Assembly: GCA_963812015.1 (NCBI GenBank)
Contig: CAWETI010000002.1
Coordinates: 480,001-544,000, forward strand
Source: an uncultured delta proteobacterium
GTDB taxonomy: Bacteria > Desulfobacterota > Desulfobaccia > Desulfobaccales > 0-14-0-80-60-11
Length of the DNA: 64,000 nucleotides
Direction: 5' to 3'
Positions 49,398-58,587 of this stretch are shown here, piece after piece. The position numbers and the translations under genes are program-made. Under the pieces are notes generated by a model that was not told the origin of the DNA, searched no databases, and saw nothing but the letters and a program-made list of their open reading frames with translations. The stretch's first letter is position 1; each line of letters begins with the position of its first letter.

Positions 49398-50236
49398 TGC
49401 ACCGGGAGAAATTCATCGAACGCGTCCTCCTGCTCCTGGCCCTGTCTTCCATCGGCTCTCTGGCCCTCATCACCATCTTCATCTTCCTGGAGGGTTTCCC
49501 CCTCATCCTCTCCGTGGGGCTGAAAAACTTCATTTTGTCAAGCCACTGGGCCCCCACCAAGGGCCACTTCGGCATCCTGGCCATGATCATCTCCTCGGTC
49601 CTGGTCACCCTGGGGGCCATGGTCATCGGGGTGCCCCTGGGCCTGTCCTGCGCCATTGTACTGGCGGAGTTTTCCCCCAAGCGCCTCAAGATGGTGTTGA
49701 AGCCCACCCTGGAACTTTTGGCCGGCATTCCTTCGGTGGTGTATGGTTTTCTGGGGGTCATCTTCCTGGTGCCCCTCATTCGCAACTACCTGGGCGGCCC
49801 CGGGCTGTCGCTGCTGGCCGCGTCCATCATCCTGGGCATCATGATTCTCCCCACGATTATCAGCATCTCCATCGACGCCCTCACCGCGGTCCCGGACCTC
49901 TACCGGGACGGCTCCCTGGCCCTGGGGGCCACCCGGTGGCAGACGGTGAGCCGGGTGGTGCTGCCCGCGGCCTCCTCCGGGATCATCACCGCCATCATTC
50001 TGGGGATGGGCCGGGCCATCGGTGAGACCATGGCGGTGATCATGGTAGCCGGCAACGCCCTCCAGATCCCCACTTCCGTTCTGGACCCGGTGCGCACTCT
50101 GACCAGCAATATCGCCCTGGAGCTGGGCTACGCCGCCGGCCGGCACCGGGAGGCCCTGTTCGCCACCGGCATCGTGTTGTTCGTCATCATCATGATCCTG
50201 AATCTGAGCGCCACCCTCATCACCCGGCGGCGGTAG
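49397..50236 (+). CDS. pstC: phosphate ABC transporter permease PstC
   Basis: ELLAGIPSVVYG, GRAIGETMAV. Confidence 0.93.
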   Translation: MHREKFIERVLLLLALSSIGSLALITIFIFLEGFPLILSVGLKNFILSSHWAPTKGHFGILAMIISSVLVTLGAMVIGVPLGLSCAIVLAEFSPKRLKMVLKPTLELLAGIPSVVYGFLGVIFLVPLIRNYLGGPGLSLLAASIILGIMILPTIISISIDALTAVPDLYRDGSLALGATRWQTVSRVVLPAASSGIITAIILGMGRAIGETMAVIMVAGNALQIPTSVLDPVRTLTSNIALELGYAAGRHREALFATGIVLFVIIMILNLSATLITRRR

Positions 50237-50338
50237 GGAGGACGGTTCCCAGTTTTTGGTTTTCGGCAAAAGCAGATGGAATCTCAATGAGTGAGATATT
50301 TGATTCGCAGTAGATAAAAGGCAAAATGGTATAAGTTC

Positions 50339-51175
50339 GTGCGACTCGATCCCCAACTCACCCAGCGCCTGGTCAAAGCCCTGCTCTGGACCTTTACCGG
50401 CTTCACCCTGCTGATCCTGGTCTTTATCATCGTGGACATTTCCGTGAAGGGGCTACCCCAGGTCACCGCGGGGTTCCTCCTCCATGACTCCACGGATATG
50501 GGACGGGCCGGCGGCATCTTCCCCACCATCGTGGCCACCGCCTACATCACCGCCCTGGCCATCCTCCTGGCCTCGCCTTTGGGGGTGGGGACTGCCATTT
50601 ACCTCACGGAGTATACCCGGGAAGGCTGGGCCACCCGGATCATCCGCTTCGGGTCCGAATGTCTGGCGGGGGTGCCCTCCATTATCCTGGGGCTCTTCGG
50701 CTTCGTCCTGTTTGTCATGAAGCTGGGCTTCGGCTGGTCGGTGCTATCCGGGGGCCTGTCCCTGGCCATCATGGTGCTGCCCATCATCATCCGCACGTCT
50801 GAAGAGGCCATCAAGTCCGTGCCCCAGGATTACCGCACCGCCTGTTATTCCCTGGGGATGAGCCAGTGGCAGACCGTCACCCGCATCGTGCTCCCCAGCG
50901 CCCTGCCGGGGATCACTACCGGCATCATGCTCAGCATCGGCCGGTCCCTGGGGGAGACCGCGGTGCTGCTGTTCACCGCCGGGGCGGCGCTCCGCACTCC
51001 CGTGTCCCTCTTTGACTCCGGCCGCACCATGGCGGTGCACTTTTACATACTGGCCCGGGAAGGCATCTCCATGCCCAACGCCTACGGCACGGCCGCAGTC
51101 CTGGTGATCTCCATCCTGGTGATCAACGTGGGGGCGTATACCCTGATGCAGCGGCTGATGCGGCGCTACTCTTGA
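50339..51175 (+). CDS. pstA: phosphate ABC transporter permease PstA
   Basis: LAGVPSIILGLFG, RTSEEA, GRSLGETA. Confidence 0.93.
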   Translation: MRLDPQLTQRLVKALLWTFTGFTLLILVFIIVDISVKGLPQVTAGFLLHDSTDMGRAGGIFPTIVATAYITALAILLASPLGVGTAIYLTEYTREGWATRIIRFGSECLAGVPSIILGLFGFVLFVMKLGFGWSVLSGGLSLAIMVLPIIIRTSEEAIKSVPQDYRTACYSLGMSQWQTVTRIVLPSALPGITTGIMLSIGRSLGETAVLLFTAGAALRTPVSLFDSGRTMAVHFYILAREGISMPNAYGTAAVLVISILVINVGAYTLMQRLMRRYS

Positions 51176-51196
51176 GGTCGGACGGATTATAGGTTC

Positions 51197-51964
51197 ATGA
51201 CCGAAGAATCCCAAGACAAAATCCGGATTGAGGACCTGTCCTTCTTCTACGGGGCTTTTCAGGCCCTGGACCGGGTCACTCTGGCCATCCAGCCGCACGA
51301 GGTCTTCGGTCTTATGGGTCCGTCGAAGAGCGGCAAGAGCACCCTGCTCCGGGTGTTGAACCGTATGTGCGATCTTTTGGTCGGGGTCCGGATGACGGGT
51401 GGGGTCTGGCTGGACGGGGAAGATATCCTGGCCCCGGACTGTGACGTGGTAGGATTGCGTCGGCGGGTGGGGTTGGTGCTCAGCCGGCCGACGCCCCTGC
51501 CCCGCTCCATTTACGAAAATCTGGCCCTGGCCCCCCGCCTGGCCGGGCAGAAGAGCCGGGGGGAATTGGACAACCTGGTGGAGGCCAGCCTCAAGGCGGC
51601 CCAGTTGTGGGATGAAGTCAAGGACCGCCTCCGGGATTCGGCCCTGAAACTCTCCGGCGGCCAGCAGCAGCGCCTCTGCCTGGCGCGCACCCTGGCCATG
51701 GAGCCCGAAGTCATCCTGTTGGATGAGCCCACCAGCGGTTTGGACCCCATTTCCACCGCCAAAATCGAGGAGACCTTGCTCCTGCTGAAAAATGATTATA
51801 CTATCGTCCTGGTGAGCAACAACACCAAGCAGATCGCCCGGGCCACCGATCGGGTGGCCTTCCTGTTGATGAGCCGGATCATCGAGATCGGGGATACCAA
51901 CCGGGTTTTTACCGTCCCCGCCGACCGACGCACCGATGACTATATCTCAGGCCGCTTCGGATAA
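51197..51964 (+). CDS. pstB: phosphate ABC transporter ATPase PstB (copy 1)
   Basis: [26 protein letters not shown]-loop reads VSNN. Confidence 0.9.
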   Translation: MTEESQDKIRIEDLSFFYGAFQALDRVTLAIQPHEVFGLMGPSKSGKSTLLRVLNRMCDLLVGVRMTGGVWLDGEDILAPDCDVVGLRRRVGLVLSRPTPLPRSIYENLALAPRLAGQKSRGELDNLVEASLKAAQLWDEVKDRLRDSALKLSGGQQQRLCLARTLAMEPEVILLDEPTSGLDPISTAKIEETLLLLKNDYTIVLVSNNTKQIARATDRVAFLLMSRIIEIGDTNRVFTVPADRRTDDYISGRFG

Positions 51965-51968
51965 TCCG

Positions 51969-52745
51969 ATGAAAGGGGACTCGGTTCCGGCCCCGGAGAT
52001 CATTGTGATCCGGGATCTCAATCTCTTTTACGGCTCTTTTCAGGCCCTGAAGGAAGTCAACGCGGCCTTTGCCCGGCAGACCATCACGGCCCTGATCGGG
52101 CCCTCGGGCTGCGGCAAATCCACCCTGCTCCGCACCCTCAACCGAATGAACGATCTCATCGAGGGGGTGCGGATCGAAGGCGAAGTCATCATTGACGGCC
52201 AGGATATTTTCGGCCCCGATGTCGTCCTCACCCAACTGCGCAAAAAGGTGGGCATGGTCTTCCAGCGTCCCAATCCTTTTCCCCTGTCCATCTTCGACAA
52301 CGTGGTCTTCGGCCCCCGCCTCCATGGTCAGCCCGGGAAAGCCGAGCTGGGGGAGATCCTGGAGCGCTCCCTCACCGCGGTGCAGATGTGGGACGAAGTC
52401 AAGGACCGCCTGAAAGTATCGGCCCTGGAACTTACGGAAGAGCAGCAGCAGCGCCTGTGCATCGCCCGGGTGTTGGCGGTGGAATCCGAGATCCTGCTGA
52501 TGGACGAGCCCTGCTCGGCCCTGGACCCCGTGGCCACCCTGCGCATCGAAGAGCTGATGCGGGAGTTGGCCAAGGACTACACCATTATCATTGTCACCCA
52601 CAACATGCAGCAGGCGGCCCGGGCCTCGGACACCTCCGGCTTCATGTACCTGGGGGAACTCATCGAAATCGGCCCCACAGGCGAGATCTTCACCCGGCCC
52701 CAGGACTCCCGGACGGAGGACTACATTACCGGGAAGTATGGGTGA
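51969..52745 (+). CDS. pstB: phosphate ABC transporter ATPase PstB (copy 2)
   Basis: [24 protein letters not shown]; signature reads LTEEQQQRL. Confidence 0.9.
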   Translation: MKGDSVPAPEIIVIRDLNLFYGSFQALKEVNAAFARQTITALIGPSGCGKSTLLRTLNRMNDLIEGVRIEGEVIIDGQDIFGPDVVLTQLRKKVGMVFQRPNPFPLSIFDNVVFGPRLHGQPGKAELGEILERSLTAVQMWDEVKDRLKVSALELTEEQQQRLCIARVLAVESEILLMDEPCSALDPVATLRIEELMRELAKDYTIIIVTHNMQQAARASDTSGFMYLGELIEIGPTGEIFTRPQDSRTEDYITGKYG

Positions 52746-52861
52746 TATAATAAATTTAAGCAATCGTGCGTATGACACCCCCTACAAAAACTTATGGGGG
52801 TGGGGGGAGGGGTTTGGGGAAGGGGCAGGGGCCGTCGGTCCCTGGCCCCCTCCCCAAATTA

Positions 52862-53740
52862 TCATCTCGGATTCAAATACTCCAGCACCCGGGCGATGGC
52901 GCTGACGTCCTCGTCGCCCCAGCCCTGGGCCACCCCGGTGCGATAGAGGTGGAGGAGGGTGTGGGCCGCGGGCACCGGCGCCCCCAGCTCGAAGGCCGTG
53001 TCCACCACGAACTTGGCGTCCTTGGTCATGTGCTTCAAGGGGAAGGCCGTAGGATAGGTGTTATTTTGCAAATTGGCGGCCTTCATCTGGAACATGCCGC
53101 AGTTCAGGGGGCCGGAGAACACCGTGTCCAGCATGGCCTCCAGGGAAAGCCCGCCTAACTTACCGAAGTTCAGGACCTCGGCAAAACCTTCCATCATCAG
53201 GCCCAACAGCAGGTTGATGAACATCTTCATCATGGAACCCTGACCGGCCACCCCGCAGTAAACCACCTTTTTGCCCATAGCCAGGAGCACGGGGGAAAGC
53301 TCCTCCACCTTATCCTGGGGGCCGCCGGCCAGGATCAGGAGGGCGCCGTCCTCGGCGGGCTTCTTGGTGCCGGACACCGGGGCGTCGATGAAGGTGACGC
53401 CGGTGGGTTCCAGCTCCCGGGCCAGATCCCGGGTGCAGCGGGGGGAGACGGAACTCATGTTGATGAAGACCTTGCTGTGGTTGAAGGCCCCGCCGGCCCC
53501 GTCCGGCCCCCAGAGGAGATCGCTGAGGGCCTCGGGCCCGGTGACCATGGCGATGACGACGTCCGCGGCCTTGGCCAAGGCCTTGGGGCTGGAAGCCAGG
53601 CCGGCCCCTTGCTTCACCAGGGGCGCGGCCTTCTCGGGGCTGCGGTTGTAAACCATAACGGGGTAGCCGGCCTTCAGGAGATTGGCGGCCATGGGGGTCC
53701 CCATGATGCCCAAACCCATGAATCCTATCTTTGGTTTCAT
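52862..53740 (-). CDS. beta-hydroxyacid dehydrogenase (3-hydroxyisobutyrate dehydrogenase family)
   Basis: GFMGLGIMG, FIDAPVSG, FPLKHMTKD. Confidence 0.9.
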   Translation of the reverse strand: MKPKIGFMGLGIMGTPMAANLLKAGYPVMVYNRSPEKAAPLVKQGAGLASSPKALAKAADVVIAMVTGPEALSDLLWGPDGAGGAFNHSKVFINMSSVSPRCTRDLARELEPTGVTFIDAPVSGTKKPAEDGALLILAGGPQDKVEELSPVLLAMGKKVVYCGVAGQGSMMKMFINLLLGLMMEGFAEVLNFGKLGGLSLEAMLDTVFSGPLNCGMFQMKAANLQNNTYPTAFPLKHMTKDAKFVVDTAFELGAPVPAAHTLLHLYRTGVAQGWGDEDVSAIARVLEYLNPR

Positions 53741-53937
53741 TGTGCTGTCCTCCATGAAAAATTCAAGGTTCAAGGTTCAAAGTTCAAAGTCAAGACCAAG
53801 GCCAAGTATGAACTTTTTAGGTTTTTCGATGAGCCACAGGCCCCATGAAGGACTGCTTCCGGCACCATCTGGATTTTCTGGCCTGAATGATTAATGTTAT
53901 CAAAAAAAATTTCATTACGGGAGAAAGGTGGTCAGCC

Positions 53938-54405
53938 ATGGCAAGACTTACTCCCGGGGAGGCAGCCCCGGAGTTTCAGTTGCTGGATCAGCACGGTAAG
54001 ACGGTAAGCCTGGCGGATTGGCGCGGCGGCAAGCTGCTGATCTACTTCTACCCCCGGGCCGATACCCCGGGGTGCACCCGGCAGGCGTGCAGCATCAGGG
54101 ACGCCCGGAAGGACTTACAAGACCTGGGCCTGGCGGTGGTGGGGATCAGCCCCGATCAGCCGGCCAAACAGCAGAAGTTCAATGCCAAGCACCATCTTTC
54201 CTTCCCCCTCCTGGCGGACCCGGACCACCGGGTGGCGGAGGCCTACGGCGCCTGGGGCGAAAAGACCCTGTATGGGAAAAAAACCCTGGGGATCATCCGC
54301 TCGTCGGTTTGAATCGACGCGGCGGGTAAGGTTATCCAGGCCTGGTACGGGGTCAAGCCGGAAGACACGGTCCCCAAGGCCGAAAAGGCGTTGCGCGGCG
54401 GCTGA
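53938..54405 (+). pseudogene. bcp: BCP-type peroxiredoxin interrupted by in-frame TGA at 54310-54312
   Basis: YFYPRADTPGCTRQAC; GIIRSSV*IDAAGKVIQAWYGVKPEDTVPKAEKAL continues in frame. Confidence 0.75.
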
Positions 54406-54508
54406 GTGGAAGTGGTGCGCAGTGCGCACCCTACGCGGCTTGATCGGACATGATTATTTCCGACGGTATTTAACCGAAAACCGAAAACAGAAAACCGAAA
54501 ACCCTCTT

Positions 54509-55672
54509 CTACGCCGGCTTGGCCCAGATGCCGGGGATGGCCGTGCCGCAAAAAGCGCAGTTGCCGTCCTTGAGGCTGATTTCGCCGATCTTGTAGCCCT
54601 GGCGGGCGATGATCATTTTTCGGCAGTTATGGCAGAAAGTATTTTCGGCCTCGTGGCCGGGGATATTGCCGAGGTAGACATACTGGAGGCCCGCTTTCAG
54701 GGCCAGGTCCCGGGCCCGCTCCAAGGTGCTCACCGGGGTGGGATAATGATTGAGCATCTTGTAGAGGGGATAAAACCGGGAGAAATGCAGCGGCGTCAGG
54801 GGGCCCAGTTCATCCTTGATCCAGGCGCACATGCGGCTGAGTTGGTCCGGGGCATCGTTGAACTGGGGGATGATGAGGTTGACGATTTCCAGGTGGACCT
54901 TATGGCGGCGCAGGATTTTCAGGGTGTTGAGCACCGGTTCTAGCTCGCCCCCCACCAGATCACGGTAGAATTTGGCGTCAAAGGCCTTGAGATCGATGCA
55001 GGCGGCGTCCAGGAGCCCGGCCAGTTCTTCCAGGGGTGGGCCATTGACGTAGCCCGCCGAATGGCAGACGTTCAGGATGCCCGCGGCTTTGGCCAGGCGG
55101 CCCACATCCCGCATATACTCGTAAAAGATGATGGGCTCCACATAGGTGTGGGCAATGGAGGGGCAGCCGTTATCCCGGGCCGCGGCCACCACTTTGGCCG
55201 GGGGCAGATCGAAGTTGTAGGTCTTTTCCGGACGGGTCTGGGAGATTTCCCAATTCTGGCAGAACTTGCAGTGCAGGTTGCAGCCGGCGGTGGCGATGGA
55301 AAAGGAGGAAGTGCCGGGGAGGACGTGGAACAAGGGCTTTTTTTCGATGGGGTCCAGGTGGACGGCGCAAGGGTTGCCGTACACCAGACTGTAATATTTG
55401 CCCTCCCGGTTCTCCCGGACGCCGCATTCCCCCCGGTCTCCGGGCATGACCTCGCAGTTCCTGGGGCAGAGCTGGCACTGCACCAGGCCCTGGTCCATTT
55501 GGCGGTAGAAGGCGGCCGGATGCGGCGCGATGAAGCCGTACTGCATCCTCTGGGCGCGGACCGGCGCCGGCCGGAGGGGAAGGGACAAGAGCGCCAGGGC
55601 CCCGGCGCTGCTCCGGATAAACGTCCGGCGGCTGCACCGCCAGTCACCTAAACCTTGCAACCCGGACTTCAT
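54509..55672 (-). CDS. AmmeMemoRadiSam-type radical SAM enzyme with twin-arginine-like leader
   Basis: CQLCPRNC, DPIEKKPL, GCNLHCKFCQNW; N-terminal SRRTFI plus hydrophobic stretch. Confidence 0.88.
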   Translation of the reverse strand: MKSGLQGLGDWRCSRRTFIRSSAGALALLSLPLRPAPVRAQRMQYGFIAPHPAAFYRQMDQGLVQCQLCPRNCEVMPGDRGECGVRENREGKYYSLVYGNPCAVHLDPIEKKPLFHVLPGTSSFSIATAGCNLHCKFCQNWEISQTRPEKTYNFDLPPAKVVAAARDNGCPSIAHTYVEPIIFYEYMRDVGRLAKAAGILNVCHSAGYVNGPPLEELAGLLDAACIDLKAFDAKFYRDLVGGELEPVLNTLKILRRHKVHLEIVNLIIPQFNDAPDQLSRMCAWIKDELGPLTPLHFSRFYPLYKMLNHYPTPVSTLERARDLALKAGLQYVYLGNIPGHEAENTFCHNCRKMIIARQGYKIGEISLKDGNCAFCGTAIPGIWAKPA

Positions 55673-55812
55673 TTGGCGTTGCCTGCCATGACCTGAGTGT
55701 CGGTTACGACGTGAACGGCTGCGGCGCCTTAGTGGATGGCATCAGGCCTGAGGCTGGGGCGGCCTAAACCTCGCACCACTAAGGCTGGATGCGGTCGGAG
55801 CGGTTGGGTCGA

Positions 55813-56097
55813 TCAGTCACCGTTGATGCGATTGCGCAGCACGCCGGAAGTTTTAAAGACCACTACCTTGCGGGCCCGGAGGATAAGGTTCTCCTTGGTT
55901 TGGGGGTTGCGTCCCCGGCGGGCGTTTTTTTGCCTGACCGAGAATTTTCCAAAGCCGCTGATGAGCAGGTCGTCTCCCTGGGCCAGGGACTCCTTCATAA
56001 TATCCAGGACCCGTTCCACCGTCGAACGTGATTCTTGCTTGCTCAAACCCACCTGCGTCTGTAAGCGGCTGATCAATTTTTCCTTGGTGAGGGCCAT
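55813..56097 (-). CDS. ihfA: integration host factor subunit alpha
   Basis: MALTK, ISGFGKF, RRGRNPQT. Confidence 0.88.
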   Translation of the reverse strand: MALTKEKLISRLQTQVGLSKQESRSTVERVLDIMKESLAQGDDLLISGFGKFSVRQKNARRGRNPQTKENLILRARKVVVFKTSGVLRNRINGD

Positions 56098-56185
56098 AAC
56101 CTGATCTCCTCCGGCTATCCCGGTGAAATTACTTAATTAATTATGAAGGAAATCCGAGAGGTGTCAAGGTTTTTTTTCTCAAGGC

Positions 56186-57073
56186 CTAGACGGGGGAGGC
56201 GGCGCGCTTGATTTTGACCGGTTTACGCGGTGGCCGGCGGATGCCAAAATCCAGGGCGCTGAAGTGGCAGGCGTCCACGCAGCGCAGGCACATGATGCAC
56301 TCCCGGCTGTCGAATTCCTGGTTGGGCACGACCCCGGTGGGACACTTGCGGGCGCAGGCCCCGCATTCCACGCAGTTGCCTTCGATGAACTCTAACTGCA
56401 CCAGGCTTATCCGGCTGAAGAGGCTGTAAAAGGCGCCCAGGGGGCAGATGGTCCGGCAAAAAAACCGGCTGATGAGCACGGCCGCGACGAGGATGAGGAT
56501 GAGGATGGCGAGCTTGTTCCAGAAGAAAAAGGTCACGGTGGCCCACAAGCCGGGTTTCAGCAAGAGGAGGGGCATGGCCCCCTCCAGGGTGCCGGCGGGA
56601 CAGATGAGCTTGCAGAACCAGGGGTGCCCCAACCCGGAGCTATCCACAAAAAAGACGGGCATGGCCACCACCAGCACCCCCAGCACCGCGTACTTCACCC
56701 AGCGCAGGGGTTTCCACAAGAAAAACTTCCGGGTGGGGATCTTGTGAAGCAGATCCTGGATGAACCCGAAAGGGCAGATCCAGCCGCAGGTCAACCGACC
56801 CACCACGGTGCCGATAAAGCCTACATAACCCAAGACGATGGCGCCAGTCAGGGGGAATCCCCCCGTATTGAACCGCAGGCTGGCCATGAAATTCTGGAAG
56901 GCCCCCACCGGACAGGATAGCAGAGCCCCGGGGCAGGAATAGCAGTTAAGGCCGGGATGACACACCGCCTTCAACGGCCCCTGATAGATAACCGAGCCGC
57001 CGAAGGGGAACAGCAGGTAAGCGTTAGTCCCAAAGGCGACCAGGGTCTGGACCAACCACCTGAGGCGGTTCAT
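56186..57073 (-). CDS. membrane 4Fe-4S binding protein (NapH/MauN-like)
   Basis: NCYSCP, CGWICPFG, CKLICPAG, CRTICPLG, two CxxCxxC ferredoxin motifs. Confidence 0.9.
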   Translation of the reverse strand: MNRLRWLVQTLVAFGTNAYLLFPFGGSVIYQGPLKAVCHPGLNCYSCPGALLSCPVGAFQNFMASLRFNTGGFPLTGAIVLGYVGFIGTVVGRLTCGWICPFGFIQDLLHKIPTRKFFLWKPLRWVKYAVLGVLVVAMPVFFVDSSGLGHPWFCKLICPAGTLEGAMPLLLLKPGLWATVTFFFWNKLAILILILVAAVLISRFFCRTICPLGAFYSLFSRISLVQLEFIEGNCVECGACARKCPTGVVPNQEFDSRECIMCLRCVDACHFSALDFGIRRPPRKPVKIKRAASPV

Positions 57074-57204
57074 CAACCGACTCCGATGCAAGACAGGCAG
57101 ATGGTAGTGCCCAGGTTGAGTAGATAGGTCAGGTCACCGGTGTTAACCCCCAGGATGAATAAGGCGGTAAAGAGAATGATAAGCCAAAAGGATTTCTTCG
57201 GCAT
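57073..57204 (-). CDS. 43-aa single-TM CxxC peptide (Cys form), CD1871A-like
   Basis: MPKKSFWLIILFTALFILGVNTGDLTYLLNLGTTICLSCIGVG; GGGAGG RBS; TGATG overlap with the 4Fe-4S gene. Confidence 0.85.
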   Translation of the reverse strand: MPKKSFWLIILFTALFILGVNTGDLTYLLNLGTTICLSCIGVG

Positions 57205-57224
57205 AAACAACCTCCCAGTGGAAA

Positions 57225-57323
57225 TGGCCCCTGATAAATCGCCGCGCCGCCGAAGGGAAACAGGACTTTGGCGTTGGCACCCAACGCCATCAGGGGTTGG
57301 ATGAGTGACCAGAGCCTGGCCAT
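57225..57323 (-). pseudogene. truncated duplicate of the first ~33 codons of the 4Fe-4S protein gene
   Basis: MARLWSLIQPLMALGANAKVLFPFGGAAIYQGP vs MNRLRWLVQTLVAFGTNAYLLFPFGGSVIYQGP. Confidence 0.8.
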
Positions 57324-57337
57324 CACCCCACCCCGAT
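57289..57337 (-). promoter_or_regulatory. candidate bacterial SECIS hairpin
   Basis: ATCGGGGTGGGGTGATGGCCA-GGCTC-TGGTCACTCATCCAACCCCTGAT; G-led apical loop about 30 nt after the UGA. Confidence 0.6.
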
Positions 57338-57454
57338 ACAGGATAGTCAGATAGTGTTTCCCAGATTCATCAGGTATCCTAATTCACCACTGTTGACCCC
57401 GATAACAAATAAGATGGTGAAGATGATGATGAGCCACAAGGCCTTTTTGGGCAT
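57323..57454 (-). CDS. 43-aa single-TM UxxC peptide, probable selenoprotein
   Basis: MPKKALWLIIIFTILFVIGVNSGELGYLMNLGNTI(TGA)LSCIGVG; TGA at 57347-57349 aligns with Cys36 of the paralog; GGGAGG RBS. Confidence 0.8.
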
Positions 57455-57584
57455 GTTCCTACCTCCCGCCGGTTCAGGTTCACCATGGCAGGGTGATTGA
57501 TCGATCCCCTCATCTAGAGCTAATCACTATTATATCCATGGCCAAGCTTCCGGGGAAAAAATTTTTCCGGGTGAAGACAATTTC

Positions 57585-57614
57585 TTGACAAATCCATATA
57601 TATTAATATATATG
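57585..57614. promoter_or_regulatory. promoter/operator: TTGACA plus perfect 20-bp palindrome
   Basis: CATATATATT|AATATATATG at 57595-57614, between divergent genes, next to an ArsR gene. Confidence 0.6.
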
Positions 57615-57920
57615 AATATTATGGAAGATGAATATTTGAAGGAATGGTTGGAGAGAGCGGCCCGATGCCTCAAGGTGCTGGCCCACCCCACCCGCCTGTT
57701 GATCATCCATCTCCTGGGCGATGGCGAGCTATCGGTGCAGGAGCTGGAAAAGGCGGTGGGGGTCAGCCAATCCAGCGTGTCCCAGCACCTGGGCCTGCTC
57801 AGGGACAAGGAGATCCTGGAATCCCGGCGGGTGGCCCAGCAGGTGTTCTACCGGCTGCGGGATCCCCGAGTGCTGCAACTGACGGCCCTTACCCGGGAGC
57901 TGTTCTGCAAGGTAGGCTGA
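57612..57920 (+). CDS. ArsR/SmtB family regulator (BigR/SqrR-like Cys placement)
   Basis: LAHPTRLLII, SQSSVSQHL, QVFYRL; Cys in ARCLK and in C-terminal LFCK. Confidence 0.88.
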   Translation: MNIMEDEYLKEWLERAARCLKVLAHPTRLLIIHLLGDGELSVQELEKAVGVSQSSVSQHLGLLRDKEILESRRVAQQVFYRLRDPRVLQLTALTRELFCKVG

Positions 57921-58014
57921 GGCGAGGGCCGCGGCGCCGGGCAGGTTACACGGGGAACACTTTCCTGAAATTCCGCTGAGTGAATTTCAGGATAATCTTA
58001 AGGAGAAAACCATT

Positions 58015-58464
58015 ATGTCTGCCGCACCGCAAAAAGATAAGGCCGCGTTTATCTGCTCGAGAGACACGTTGGACGGCGCCTATCCGCCGCTTATTCTGGG
58101 CATCAATGCCGCCCGGGCCGGCATGGAATCCAAGGTGTTTTTCACCTTTATGGGCATCAACCTGGCCTGCAAAGGTGGCATTGAAAAGGCCAGGTTTATT
58201 CCGCCCGGAGTCATGGGGGCGGTGCCGGGGATGTCCGCAATTGCCACCGGCATGATGAAGAAGAAGATCGACAAGGCCCACATCCCCTCCCTGCCGGAAC
58301 TGATGGAGATGGCTCAACTGGAAGGCGTGGAGTTGATCGTCTGCAAGATGACCATCGATATGATGGAATTAAATGAAGACGACCTGGTGGAGGGTTCCGT
58401 GGTGTGGACGGCCGAGGAGTTTATCAAATTCGCTAAAGACTGCAAGATCTGCTTGTTTATCTAA
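58015..58464 (+). CDS. DsrE/DsrF/DrsH-like sulfur-relay protein
   Basis: AYPPLIL, FFTFMG, VCKMTIDMM. Confidence 0.85.
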   Translation: MSAAPQKDKAAFICSRDTLDGAYPPLILGINAARAGMESKVFFTFMGINLACKGGIEKARFIPPGVMGAVPGMSAIATGMMKKKIDKAHIPSLPELMEMAQLEGVELIVCKMTIDMMELNEDDLVEGSVVWTAEEFIKFAKDCKICLFI

Positions 58465-58587
58465 GAGAACGCTCTGAGGTCAGGGCACCCCGGAGGGGAG
58501 ATTGAGGGGAGGGCGGGAAACATGGTAAAAAATTGCTCGGCCCGCCCCACGATGCCTGCTGTAGAGTTCTCAAGTCAGGAGGCGCGC

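Noticed and set aside
54310..54312. Selenocysteine in BCP
   Set aside because: UGA does not align with a Cys, both catalytic Cys are TGC, and there is no convincing SECIS.
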